Notes under the pieces: generated by a model
Database searches by the model: none
Told to the model about the DNA's origin: nothing
What the model saw: the letters and a program-made list of their open reading frames with translations, nothing else
Translations under genes and position numbers: made by a program
NCBI GenBank assembly: GCA_963663275.1
Contig: OY760183.1
Span: 288,001 to 352,000 of the forward strand
DNA length: 64,000 bases
Direction: 5' to 3'
DNA from: Chloroflexota bacterium
GTDB lineage: Bacteria; Chloroflexota; UBA11872; VXOZ01
Part shown: positions 9,576 through 19,761 of the stretch, piece by piece
Numbering within the stretch: the stretch's first letter is position 1
Layout of the letters: each line of letters starts with the position of its first letter

Positions 9576-9724
9576 GTGCTGCTCCTTTACTCTGTTTTGG
9601 ACGTTTCTGTCAGTCTGGAACGGTCATTGGCATTTGGCGGCAGCGCCCACCGGACGCCGCGTAGCGTGTTGACCAAGATCCTGTTTGGCTCTTGGCGTCA
9701 AGCCTGCCCCTTGCCCGACGGGGA

Positions 9725-9925
9725 AGCGGGGGACAAGCCCCCGCGCTACAGCGGACGGGCGACCAGCCACTGCGCTGCGGCGGAGGGACGGGCGACTAGC
9801 CCTTGCGCTGATTGCTTCTGTCATTCCGAGCGGAGCGAGGAATCTAGGATGCATGTGCCGCACGTCGTATCTTTACTCCAGCACTCTAGATTCCTCACTA
9901 CGCTGCGCTCCGTTCGGAATGACAG
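9725..9925. repeat. REP cluster (GCGGGGGACAAGCCCCCGCGCTAC and GTCATTCCGAGCG...CGGAATGAC doublet)
   Basis: Both motifs recur many times in the window. Confidence 0.85.
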
Positions 9926-10066
9926 GCAACGCGCGCCTCGTGCTTTCTGCTGACCTTCCCCAATTTTTCCGCCCCTTACAACATACAAATGACACGTATA
10001 CAACCCATACTCGGCTCTGCGTCTCCATGCCCTTTTCACCAAATCTGTCAGCGTATTACGAAATAC

Positions 10067-10993
10067 TTACAAGAATGACTGAGACTTGAACACCGCCTGG
10101 CCGCGTTCAGGCTCTTCGATGCGGTACAGCTTCTCGGCGTTCTTTGAGAAGAGCGCGACTTGCTCGTCCCGGCTGAATCCGGCGATGATTGCCGTGTAGG
10201 CGTCGATCAGCCGGTCGTAGTCGCTCCACAGCCAGTCCACCGGCCAGTTGGTGCCGAAGATGCAGCGGCCGACGCCGAACGTCTCGATGGACGCCAGCAC
10301 CCACCGCCGGATGCTGTCCACCGTCCAGTTCTGGTCGCTCATGCACAGGCCGGAGATCTTCCAGCGGACGTTGTCACACGCGGCCGCAATCTCCATACCG
10401 CCCTTCCAACTGGCAAAATACTCGTCCGTGCGCTCCTCCGGCAAACCCGTGTGATCGACGACGATCATGACGTTGGGGAACGTGTTTGCCAGGTCCCGCA
10501 GCTTTTCCATCTCCCGCCACGTCACGGCGATGCTGGACACGAGGTTGTACTTTTCCATCAGGGCGAAACCCCGCTGGAAGTCCGGCGCGACGAGGTAGTC
10601 GCCGTAGGAGAAATCGCGTATGCCGCGCATGTTGGGCGATTGGCAATGCCGCTCCAGCACGGCTTCCACATCGGGAGCGCGCAGGTCGGCGTGGGCCACG
10701 ATGGCGTGGGGAAAGCCCGTGCGATCGGCGGCTTCCTGGAGCCACTCGGTCTCCGTGACCGGGTCCGGGCTGCCGATGGCGGCCTGCACGTGAATCGCCT
10801 TGGTGACGTTGGCATTGCGGGTCTCGGCGATGTAGTCCTCGGCGAGATAGTTGCGCTCGGCGAGCCGCTGGATCTGCTCCCCCAGGGTCGGATGCGGCAC
10901 GCCGGGCTGCCAGTGGCCGTAGACAAGTTCCGGGTGCTGCATGTCGTAGTAATGGACGTGGCTATCGACGAACTCCAGCTTGTCCATGAGCAA
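10067..10993 (-). CDS. Amidohydrolase-2 family (sugar lactonase-like)
   Basis: DSHVH, GIRD, VDHTGLP, KISG, FGTNWPV motifs. Confidence 0.88.
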   Translation of the reverse strand: MLMDKLEFVDSHVHYYDMQHPELVYGHWQPGVPHPTLGEQIQRLAERNYLAEDYIAETRNANVTKAIHVQAAIGSPDPVTETEWLQEAADRTGFPHAIVAHADLRAPDVEAVLERHCQSPNMRGIRDFSYGDYLVAPDFQRGFALMEKYNLVSSIAVTWREMEKLRDLANTFPNVMIVVDHTGLPEERTDEYFASWKGGMEIAAACDNVRWKISGLCMSDQNWTVDSIRRWVLASIETFGVGRCIFGTNWPVDWLWSDYDRLIDAYTAIIAGFSRDEQVALFSKNAEKLYRIEEPERGQAVFKSQSFL

Positions 10994-11146
10994 CTCTCCT
11001 CCCTGGCTGGGACTCTCCGCGCCGCCGTTTCCCCCTCACCCTAACCCTCTCCCCCAGGAGAGGGAATGGATTCGGAGCGTAATCTATGGGCAAGCCCCTG
11101 GTCAAATCCGTGGGCAAATCCATAGGCAAGTCCGTTTGGCAACGGA

Positions 11147-12208
11147 CTAGCGCAGAGAATCCACCCTGACGGCCCGGCCCGACGCCGCCGAGCGGTAGCC
11201 GGCCTCCAGGAACTCGACCACCCGCGCGCCCACCTCGCCCGGGGCGCGGTTCTCACTTTCGCCTAAGATGACTTCCACCAGTCCGCGCGCGGGCAGGTGC
11301 GCCGGGTACCGTTCTTCCTCAGACAGATCCGCGAACGCATCGGCGGTTCCGTCGTTGTACTGGGCTTCCAGGCGGCCGCCGGCCATGTCCTGGCGCAGGA
11401 CGCCCTCAGTGCCGGTGTACACAAAACCTTGGTCGAGCCGTTGGTGCGGCCGCATCGCGCCGGTGGAGGCCATCGTGCCCGCCGCGCCGTTATCCAGCCG
11501 GAAGCTGAGGGCGTTGACCAGGTCCACCGCCAGGTCGTAATTCTCCATGAAGGCAAAGACCTCCACCGCCCGCCGGCCGGTCACCCAGAGCGCCATGCCC
11601 ATGGGGTGCGTCACTTGCAGGTGGCCCTGGCCGCCCCCGGCCAGTTTGGGGTCCGCGTAGCTATCGGCCTCGGGGCCGGTGACCGGAAAGCCGAACGCCG
11701 CGGCGTAGTCCTGGGGCCGGCCGCGCAGATAAGATTCGACCCAGGAGGTGAAGATGCCGGAGACCATCTGCAATTCGCCAATCTTGCCCGCTTGCACGAT
11801 CTCGCGCGCCGCCTGGGCGTGGCGGGTGAACTGGCTGGTGTAGCCGACCATCAGGTGCAGGCCGTTCCGCTGGGCGCGCTCTACCAAATCCCAGGCGTCG
11901 GCGGCGGTGAGGGTCATCGGCTTTTCCACCAGCGCGTGGACGCCGGCGTCCAGCGCGTCACGGGCGGCCGCGTAGTGGTAGGCGTGTTGAACGGCGATGA
12001 CCACGCCGTCAACACCCGCCGCCAGCAGGTCGTGATGGTTGTCGTAGGTGGCGCCGATGTCGTAGTATTCGGCGGCGGCCTTGGCCTTCTCCGGTTTAAC
12101 GTCGGCAATGCCGACCAGGTCCGCCTTTTCGTACGCTTTCAAGCTGGGGATGTGGTGCTGCGTCGCCCACCAACCGGCGCCGATCACGCCCATTCTCGCC
12201 TTCGCCAT
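11147..12208 (-). CDS. Gfo/Idh/MocA oxidoreductase
   Basis: GVIGAGWWA and VEKPM motifs. Confidence 0.9.
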   Translation of the reverse strand: MAKARMGVIGAGWWATQHHIPSLKAYEKADLVGIADVKPEKAKAAAEYYDIGATYDNHHDLLAAGVDGVVIAVQHAYHYAAARDALDAGVHALVEKPMTLTAADAWDLVERAQRNGLHLMVGYTSQFTRHAQAAREIVQAGKIGELQMVSGIFTSWVESYLRGRPQDYAAAFGFPVTGPEADSYADPKLAGGGQGHLQVTHPMGMALWVTGRRAVEVFAFMENYDLAVDLVNALSFRLDNGAAGTMASTGAMRPHQRLDQGFVYTGTEGVLRQDMAGGRLEAQYNDGTADAFADLSEEERYPAHLPARGLVEVILGESENRAPGEVGARVVEFLEAGYRSAASGRAVRVDSLR

Positions 12209-12537
12209 GGCCTTGCCTCGCTCAACGTGCTTGAGAAATGAGGCGGATTGCGCGTTTGACAGCGCCGCTTGTTGTTCCAGGAACCGCCCCGCGCCTAAAC
12301 GCCGTTGCAGGTATCTTACCACGTCAGGCGCGCCGTACTCTCGACAGCCCGTTTGCCGCGCTTTCGGGAAACGCGCGCATGACGCCGCAAGCATACTGCG
12401 GGCTTCCGGCAGAGGCGATGCGCGCAAGCAGCGATAGATGGCGTGCTATACTTGGCCTTGCGGCAACCGTGTGCATCTGGGCACCGCTCCTCAGCGATTG
12501 CGCCGGAATAGACGGAAATGCGAAAGCGTGGCAGGCC

Positions 12538-13383
12538 ATGGCAAACGTGAGCGCGGACCCATTTCTGAGCAAGTTCGACCCGCTGGGGCGCATCCTGTTC
12601 GCCGACGACTTCGACAACGGCCTGTGCGGCTGGAGCGAACTGATCGGCAACTACGAGGGCAGCCTGGACACCATCCTGCCGCCCTTCCGCGACCTGCGCC
12701 CGCCCATGCTCAGCAGCGCCACCATGTGGGACACCGGCACGGCGGGATCGCTTGCCGGCGCGTATTCGCTGAAACTCGCCACCCGCGCCCGCGCCGGGCA
12801 TCTGGCGGTTGCCATCAAGCGCGCCACCTGGCGCAAGCGGGGACGCATCCAGGTGGAGTGCTACTTTGCGGTCAAACCGGAACCAAGCGCGCTCACGCTG
12901 GGCGACCACGACGTGAGCGCTTTTGGCGTGTTCTTCGACCTGCAAGACGACGAACAGCGCGCCATGCCCCACCTGCGCTACTGCAACACCGCGGACGGCG
13001 CGCCGCGCTACCTGTGGCAGTACCGGGACGAGTTGCCCTCGCGCCACGTGGTCGGCGACAGCGGGGAAATCAAATCCTTCTTTCACCTGGACCCGCGCGG
13101 CTGGAAGGACATTCCAAACGCCCGGCAGCGGCTCTGCTACAACGAACTGCCGACCAAGCTCAACTGGCACTACCTGCGCTTTGCGTGCGACCTGCGTACC
13201 ATGAACTACGCCGAACTCCAGTGCAACGACCAAACGTTCGATTTGACGGGTCTGTCGCCCATCCGCGCGCCCACCGACGCCGATTTGTGGTGCATGTTGA
13301 ATACCGCTTTCTTCGTGGAAACCGCCACCAACCGGCGGGCGTTCCTGTATCTGGATTCCGTCGTGGTTTCCCTGGCCCCGTAG
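12538..13383 (+). CDS. Conserved hypothetical protein (DUF6772-like)
   Basis: LSKFDPLGRILFADDFDNGLCGW...RPPMLSSATMWDTGT. The stop TAG is supplied by the following REP. Confidence 0.7.
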   Translation: MANVSADPFLSKFDPLGRILFADDFDNGLCGWSELIGNYEGSLDTILPPFRDLRPPMLSSATMWDTGTAGSLAGAYSLKLATRARAGHLAVAIKRATWRKRGRIQVECYFAVKPEPSALTLGDHDVSAFGVFFDLQDDEQRAMPHLRYCNTADGAPRYLWQYRDELPSRHVVGDSGEIKSFFHLDPRGWKDIPNARQRLCYNELPTKLNWHYLRFACDLRTMNYAELQCNDQTFDLTGLSPIRAPTDADLWCMLNTAFFVETATNRRAFLYLDSVVVSLAP

Positions 13384-13880
13384 GGGCACGACATGTCGTG
13401 CCCCTACGGGGCCGGTAACGCAATAATGGGGTTAACAAGAACGTAGCGCCGGGGGGCGGAGCGTAGGTTTCGCATCAACGTAGCGCGGGGGCTTGTCCCC
13501 CGCCTCTGCGGAATCGGCGGACAAAGCGTCGCCCGGGCCGCCGGGCGTAGAGGCACGACATGTCGTGCCCTACGGCGCCTGTAACGCAATAATGGGGTTA
13601 ACAAGAACGTAGCGCGAGGGGGCGGAGCGTAGGTTTCGCATCAACGTAGCGCGGGGGCTTGTCCCCCGCCTCTGCGGAATCGGCGGACAAAGCGCCGCCC
13701 GGGCCGCTGGGCGTAGGGGCACGACATGTCGTGCCCCTACGGGGTTGTCCTATGGTAACGGGAATGGAGCCGCATCAACGTAGCGCGGGGGCTTGTCCCC
13801 CGCCGCCGCACCTGCTCCCGCAATATCGGATACGGCACAGGCGCTACGGCCACGGACGTAGGTTGCAAACCTGCGCTACC
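13374..13880. repeat. BIME-like tandem array of alternating REPs (~166 bp unit x2 plus a partial third)
   Basis: REP1-linker-REP2-linker is repeated with near-identical linkers. Confidence 0.9.
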
Positions 13881-13924
13881 GGGACAGCGGCGTTTCGCTT
13901 TCATGGATGAGAGGCAATAAACGG

Positions 13925-14257
13925 ATGCCGCGACAGGTCTATACCGCCGTTGTGGAACGCAACGTTACCTGGGAAGGCGCGTTTGCCACCGAGCCCTACG
14001 AGGCCGGCTGGGCCGCCGAGGCGCTCATCTTCATCCGCGTCCTCAAAGGGGCAATTGCCGGGCACAGCGCGGCGGTGCAGGTCTCGCCCGACGGCATCCG
14101 CTGGTTGGACGAAGGCACGCGCATTTCTCTTCCCCACACAGCGGATGGGTTAACGCTGGCAAGGGTAACGCACTTCGGCAACTGGCTCCGGCTCGCCGGC
14201 GAACTCCCGCCGGGCCAAGTGTGCACGGTGATGGTCTACTTTGTGCTCAAAGACTGA
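13925..14257 (+). CDS. Conserved hypothetical protein
   Basis: TEPYEAGWAAEAL...VQVSPDGIRW...FGNWLR; coding-like codon usage. Confidence 0.75.
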   Translation: MPRQVYTAVVERNVTWEGAFATEPYEAGWAAEALIFIRVLKGAIAGHSAAVQVSPDGIRWLDEGTRISLPHTADGLTLARVTHFGNWLRLAGELPPGQVCTVMVYFVLKD

Positions 14258-14298
14258 GATTGGAGCGCCGGGCGCCCAGCCACGCGCAACATGAAACT

Positions 14299-15645
14299 CT
14301 ACGCGCCGTCATACTCCTCGGTATTCGCCAGGCTGCGGAGTTGGGTGAGGTAGTCGTCCTTGGTCATAGGCGGTGTAGTTTCCTCCAGCACGCGGTCGGC
14401 CGTTTCCGCGTCGTTCGCCAGCAGGTCCACCGCCGTCTGGGCCATCAGCTTGGCCGGGGCGATGATAGCGTGGTCGGCGTCGTCGAGCAGGAAGTCGTTG
14501 CCGTGGCCGGTGCCCGTCGCGCCGCCCGCGGCCGGCTGGATTGCCCGCACCACGTGCATTACGTCGCCCATGTCGGTGGAGCCGGTGCTGTGGGGGCGCA
14601 CCGAGATATTCTCCTCGCCCACCAGCGCGGCCGCGTTCTCGCGGTAGAGGTCCGCCAGCGGCGGATGGGGAATCATGGGGAAGTAGCCGGGAAACGTCTC
14701 AATGTGCACGGTCGCGCCCGTCGCCAGCGCCCCAGCCTTCAGCGCGCGCTGCACCTTCTCGTTCGCCTCCAGCATGACCTCCATGGTCTTGCCGCGCACC
14801 TTGCCCTCCATTTGCGCAATGGCCGGGATCACGTTATTCACCTCGCCGCCGCGCTTGATGATGAAGTGCGCGCGCACCGTGTCCTCATCGCGGAAGGTCT
14901 CGCGCTGGTACTGAAGGGCCGTGAAGGCCAGGGTCGCGGCGTTCAGCGCGTTGATGCCCTTGTGCGGCGCGCCCGCGGCGTGCGCCGCGCGGCCGTGGTA
15001 GGTGACGTGCTTGGCCACCGTGCCGTTGCTGGTCTCCGTCATGCAGACAATCCCGTCATCGGCGTTGCTGCTGGTGTGCACCAGCATGGCGAAGTCCACG
15101 TCGTCGAACGCGCCCCGGCGAATGAACTCCGGCTTGCCGCCCAGAAACTCGATCGCGCCCTGATCGCGCAACGACTGCCGGAAACCGACCTCCACGTACT
15201 CCTCCGCCGGCACCGCAATGAAGACCAGTTTGCCGCACAGATTGCCGAGCACGCCGGAGCGGGTCAGGCCCATGGCCGCGCCCAGCATGGAGGCAATCTG
15301 GTTGTTGTGGCCGCAGGCGTGGGCCGCGCCGGTCTCCGGATGCGCGTGGGGGTGGTCCGGCACCGGCAGGGCGTCCAACTCGCCCATGATCGCCACGCTT
15401 GGCCCGGGCCGTCCGGTGTCGAGCACAGCCTTCACGCCCGTCACGGCGATGCCGGACTCATGGGGAATGTCAAGCTGTGTGAACCACTCGTCCACCACCC
15501 CGGCGGTCTCGAACTCCTTGTACCCCGTCTCAGGATGACGCAAGATGCGGTCGGCAATGCCGGTAATCGCATCGGACTGCGCGTCGATCGACTCGCTGAG
15601 GGTCTGCTTGAGTTGCGCCGGGGTCTTGCCGTTGGTCGCCGCCAT
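14299..15645 (-). CDS. M20 family amidohydrolase
   Basis: HPETGYKE, GELDAL, HACGHN, PAEE, GSTDMG motifs. Confidence 0.92.
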   Translation of the reverse strand: MAATNGKTPAQLKQTLSESIDAQSDAITGIADRILRHPETGYKEFETAGVVDEWFTQLDIPHESGIAVTGVKAVLDTGRPGPSVAIMGELDALPVPDHPHAHPETGAAHACGHNNQIASMLGAAMGLTRSGVLGNLCGKLVFIAVPAEEYVEVGFRQSLRDQGAIEFLGGKPEFIRRGAFDDVDFAMLVHTSSNADDGIVCMTETSNGTVAKHVTYHGRAAHAAGAPHKGINALNAATLAFTALQYQRETFRDEDTVRAHFIIKRGGEVNNVIPAIAQMEGKVRGKTMEVMLEANEKVQRALKAGALATGATVHIETFPGYFPMIPHPPLADLYRENAAALVGEENISVRPHSTGSTDMGDVMHVVRAIQPAAGGATGTGHGNDFLLDDADHAIIAPAKLMAQTAVDLLANDAETADRVLEETTPPMTKDDYLTQLRSLANTEEYDGA

Positions 15646-15830
15646 GGTGTAACTCCTTGAATCGTTGGACTATGGGCGAATCAGATGATGCGTATGCTTG
15701 GGAATCCATCCGGCCGGATCTGCCATGCCGTGCTTACACCCGGCCGCTTCCTACCATACCACCTTCGCCCCCGCGGCGGCGCATCCGTACCCAATGCGGG
15801 CGCTTGCGCGGGGGAGCGCGCGGCGTGTGT

Positions 15831-17108
15831 CTATCCCACCGAGACCGGCGCCTCAATGCGCGGGATGGTGGACGACGCCCGCGGCATGATACCGATGCGC
15901 GGGCGGCCGGCGACACCCTCTAGCGCCGCTGTCAGCGCGTCCTCGATCGTCAGCGCGGGGATCAGGTGCAGTGTGCGCGCCTGCTCCGGCGCGACGCCGC
16001 CGGACACAAGATACGTCCGCGCTTTCACCAGGCTGCGGGCAAAGAGAAACGCCTTGTGCGCGCCCATGCGGAAGCCCTCCTCCTCGAAGCGCGCAATCAC
16101 GTCGTGGGGCGTCCTGGCGGCGGCCATCCACGCCTCGTAGAGCGCGTCGCCGGCCCCTTCCCGGCACTCCGCCGCCAGAATGACGCTGCCGCCGGGCCGC
16201 GCCACTTCGCAGGCGTGCGCCAGCGCCTTCTGCGCCTGGTAGAGATTGATGTCCTTGGGATAACCGCCGGGGGACGCGATCACCACGTCCATTGGGTGGG
16301 GAACCGCCGTCTCGCAGACCTCACGCACCAGCGGAATCGCCGCCGCCAGCACCTCATGCGGCGCGCCGGCGAAGACGCGCACGATCTCATTCGCGGTATT
16401 CAGGACGACGTTGATCACCAGGTCTATCGCGAGGAAATCGGTGAGTTCGTCGATGTCGGCGCGCACCGGATTGCCGTCGTAGACGCCCAGCTTTGCCGCC
16501 GGATCGCTGAGCATTGAGTGGTTCGCGGTAATCGTCTCGCCGCCGCCCAGGCCGATGAACGCGCCCTTGCAGCCGCCGGTGTAGCCGACGAACTGGTGCG
16601 GATCGATCATGCCCACGATGATGCGCGTGTCCGCCTGGGCAAAGGTCCGGTTGACGACCACCGGCGTGCCCCGGCTCGTTGTGCCCAGACGCGCAAGTTG
16701 CGCCGGGTCGTCGTAGACGTGGGAAGACACCCGATAACGCCGGGCGATCTCCGCGCCAACCAGCCGCGGAAACTCGCCGGGCGCCGCCGGCCGGTGATTG
16801 CCAACGCCGACGATGATGTCAATTTGCTCCGCGCGCACGCCGCGCGCGCGCAAGTGGGCGAGCAGCGGCGGCAGAATGAGGTGATTTGGCACGGGCCGGG
16901 TCGCGTCGCTGACGGTGATGGCGGTCGCGCCGGGGCGTTGCAGCGCGCCGCGCGCCAACGCCGCGTCCAGCGCCCGCTCCACTGCCGCTTTGGGCTCAGG
17001 CGCGCCGGCAACCGCGCGCGGCTCGATCAGCGTCACGTCCGCCGTCTCCGGCACGGCAAACGTCACGCTGCCTGCGCCATACTTCACCGCATACTCGGCT
17101 GTAGCCAC
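15831..17108 (-). CDS. larA: Nickel-pincer lactate racemase family (LarA-like)
   Basis: SDATRP, GNHR, PHQFVGYTGGCK, NHS, GGYPKDINLYQAQK. GTG 17108 with RBS. Confidence 0.88.
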   Translation of the reverse strand: MATAEYAVKYGAGSVTFAVPETADVTLIEPRAVAGAPEPKAAVERALDAALARGALQRPGATAITVSDATRPVPNHLILPPLLAHLRARGVRAEQIDIIVGVGNHRPAAPGEFPRLVGAEIARRYRVSSHVYDDPAQLARLGTTSRGTPVVVNRTFAQADTRIIVGMIDPHQFVGYTGGCKGAFIGLGGGETITANHSMLSDPAAKLGVYDGNPVRADIDELTDFLAIDLVINVVLNTANEIVRVFAGAPHEVLAAAIPLVREVCETAVPHPMDVVIASPGGYPKDINLYQAQKALAHACEVARPGGSVILAAECREGAGDALYEAWMAAARTPHDVIARFEEEGFRMGAHKAFLFARSLVKARTYLVSGGVAPEQARTLHLIPALTIEDALTAALEGVAGRPRIGIMPRASSTIPRIEAPVSVG

Positions 17109-17527
17109 GTACCCAATACTCCCCACAAGCGCCGCCAGGCCTCGCCCATGCTGTCGCACAGAACTCATGAGCATCGTACCACCTGTTCATGCTTCGACAG
17201 GCTCAGCACGAACGGACGCCCTCAAGCCGCCATTCCCGGGCAAGCGGGAATCCATCTTCTCATTCCGTGGGTGTAGGGGCACGACATGTCGTGCCCCTAC
17301 ACCCACGCGCGGCGCGGCAGGCGGGGGACGAGCCCCCGAGACAGTTGTCCACGTATCCACGCCAGCCGTCATTGCGCGCAGGCGGGGGACAAGCCCCCGC
17401 GCTACGTGGCTCCGGTTCCCTCTCCCACTGGGAGAGGGTTAGGGTGAGGGTGAATCCTCCTCGGTGCGCTCGCCCATAGTATTCCGCTGTATCGTGCTAC
17501 ATTCGACGCGACCGCGCAAACCCTTGC

Positions 17528-17853
17528 GAGTCTTTGCAGAACGCCGTCACTCCGGCGAAAGCCCGCCCCCGTGCGTGGGCGCAGAATCCAGATCGCTTTT
17601 ACAACCAAAGATAGCATGAAGTCAATTCCTTTCACCCCCATCCCAGCCTTCCCCCTCAATGGGCTGACAGGGGTATGTATTCTATAATCGACTTCACGTG
17701 TCATTCCGAACGGAGCGCAGCGGAGTGAGGAATCTATAGTGCTGAGCCAATCAGACTTCCCGTAGCATGGATTCTAGATTCCTCGCTCCGCTCGGAATGA
17801 CATTTACATACCCTTGTCAGCCCTCAATGGGGAAGGGGTTGTGCAGAGGTCTC
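17528..17853. mobile_element. Composite MITE copy A (outer GAGACCTTTGCA-like TIR; inner GGCTGAC...GTCAGCC MITE 17662-17822)
   Basis: Inner element is flanked by direct repeat CTCAATG. Confidence 0.8.
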
Positions 17854-17955
17854 CTTGGGCAGCGGGTCGGGGAAGCGGCCGGGCCTTGCGCCGGTGATAC
17901 GCCTGAACGAGTGTAGCGGCTTCTGGTAGGAGAACTCCGGTTCTCGCCGGTCGCG

Positions 17956-19761
17956 CTAGCGATAAGCGGCCGCTTGGAGCCGGTAGAGCGCGGCGTATTC
18001 GCCATTGGCGGACAGCAGCGCATCGTGCGACCCCTGTTCCACCAGGCGGCCTTCCCGCAGCGCCAGGATGCGGTCCGCGATCCGGCACGACGCCAGCCGG
18101 TGCGATATGAGAATAGCGGTGCGCTCTTGCGCCAGGTCGGCAAAGTGGGCGTAGACCGCCGCTTCGGCCTTGGCGTCCAGGGCCGCGGCCGGTTCGTCCA
18201 GGATGAGAATCTCGGCGGGGCGGAAGTACGCCCGCGCAATCGCCAGTTTCTGCCACTGTCCCACCGAAAGTTCCACGCCGGCGTGAAACTCCTTGCCCAG
18301 CGGCGTCTCCAGGCCGCACGGCAACTCCGCCGCCACCTCGCTTGCGCCGCTGCGCCTGAGCACCGCTTCCAGGCGCTCTTTGTCACCGGCCGCTTCCAGC
18401 CAGCCAAAAGTGACGTTCTCCTCTACCGTCGTTTGGTACCGCAGGAAGGACTGAAACACCGCGCCAAACTTCGCGTGCCAGTCGGCGGGCGCAATTTCAT
18501 TCAGATCAACGCCGTCTATCAGAATGCGGCCGGCCGTGGGCCGGTAGAGGCCCATCAGGAGCTTGACGAGCGTGGTCTTGCCCGCGCCGTTCTCGCCCAC
18601 CAGGGCAACCCGCTCGCCGGGCCGGAGCGAAAGGCTCAAGTCGGCAAGCGCCGGCCGTTCCGCGCCCGGATAGGTAAAGGAAACATTCTCGAAGACGATC
18701 GGCTTGGCCAGCGGCCCATCCAGTCTCCGTCCGGCTTTGAGATCGACACGCGGGCTATCGATCAGCGTGAAGTAGTCCCGCAAGTAGCGCAGATGGTTAT
18801 AGAGTATGGACGCGCCCCACGTGAAGTCCGCGTAGCTTATCTGGAAAGTCTCAATCGCCGCGAAGAGTGCCGCCGCCGCGCCGATGCTGATGTGGCCGTT
18901 CACCAGCAGGCCGACGCTCACGCCGAGCGCCGCAACGTGCACCAGGCCGTTCATGCCGTCCGAGACCACCGTGCGCCTGGCTTCCTGGGCCGACAGCCGC
19001 AGGCGCTCCTGGTGGAGGCGGCGGCGGAGTTGCCCGGCCTGAGCGAGCAGCCACCGTCCCAGGCTGAAGAGCCGCACCTCGGCGGCCGCCGCGCGACCGG
19101 TCAGCAGGTCGGTATACACCCCAAAGCGGCGTTCGCCCGGGGTTTGCGCGCGCTCCATCAGATACTGCCGGCGCAGTTGCCGCTCGCGCAGCACCATGCC
19201 CGGCGTCGTGCCGGCGGCCAGCAACAGCGGCAGCGCCCAGTGGAATTGCGCCAGGTAGATGAGGAGCGACCCCAGCGTTACCAGGTCGGACAAAGCGTCC
19301 GCTATGAAACCCGTGGTAGCGCCCAGTCGGCCCACGGTCCTGCGCCGCACCTGGTGCAGGAGGTCGTGGTTGCCGTCATGCTCGAACCACTCCAGCGGCA
19401 TGGCCTGCGCCTGCCACAGGCAGCGCTCCTCCACGTAGTTGCCCAATACCTCCTGATGACGGCGGTTGATGATCTCCCGGACGTGCATCACGGCGGCGTG
19501 CAGGATTGCGAGGCAGGCCAGGGCGAGCCCCCACGCGAGGCCGGCCGCCGCGGACGCATTGCCCGCCACCACCTGCTCCGCCGTTTCTATGAGCCGGCGC
19601 AAGACGTGCACCTCGGCCAGGGGAAACAACCCGATGCATAAACTCACAACGGCCAGCAGGATCGTGCCTCCGGCGTCGGCGGCCAAGAGCAATCCCACCG
19701 TGCGCGGCGCATCGGCCAAGCGCCGCCGCGACCGTGCCGCGTTGTCGTGTGCGGCGCTCAT
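17956..19761 (-). CDS. ABC exporter, fused permease/ATPase
   Basis: GENGAGKTT, LSVGQWQK, LDEP; N-terminal TM domain. Confidence 0.93.
   Translation of the reverse strand: MSAAHDNAARSRRRLADAPRTVGLLLAADAGGTILLAVVSLCIGLFPLAEVHVLRRLIETAEQVVAGNASAAAGLAWGLALACLAILHAAVMHVREIINRRHQEVLGNYVEERCLWQAQAMPLEWFEHDGNHDLLHQVRRRTVGRLGATTGFIADALSDLVTLGSLLIYLAQFHWALPLLLAAGTTPGMVLRERQLRRQYLMERAQTPGERRFGVYTDLLTGRAAAAEVRLFSLGRWLLAQAGQLRRRLHQERLRLSAQEARRTVVSDGMNGLVHVAALGVSVGLLVNGHISIGAAAALFAAIETFQISYADFTWGASILYNHLRYLRDYFTLIDSPRVDLKAGRRLDGPLAKPIVFENVSFTYPGAERPALADLSLSLRPGERVALVGENGAGKTTLVKLLMGLYRPTAGRILIDGVDLNEIAPADWHAKFGAVFQSFLRYQTTVEENVTFGWLEAAGDKERLEAVLRRSGASEVAAELPCGLETPLGKEFHAGVELSVGQWQKLAIARAYFRPAEILILDEPAAALDAKAEAAVYAHFADLAQERTAILISHRLASCRIADRILALREGRLVEQGSHDALLSANGEYAALYRLQAAAYR

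Noticed and set aside
13374-13880. CRISPR array
   Set aside because: Intervening sequences are near-identical, the repeats are genome-wide REPs, and no cas genes are present.
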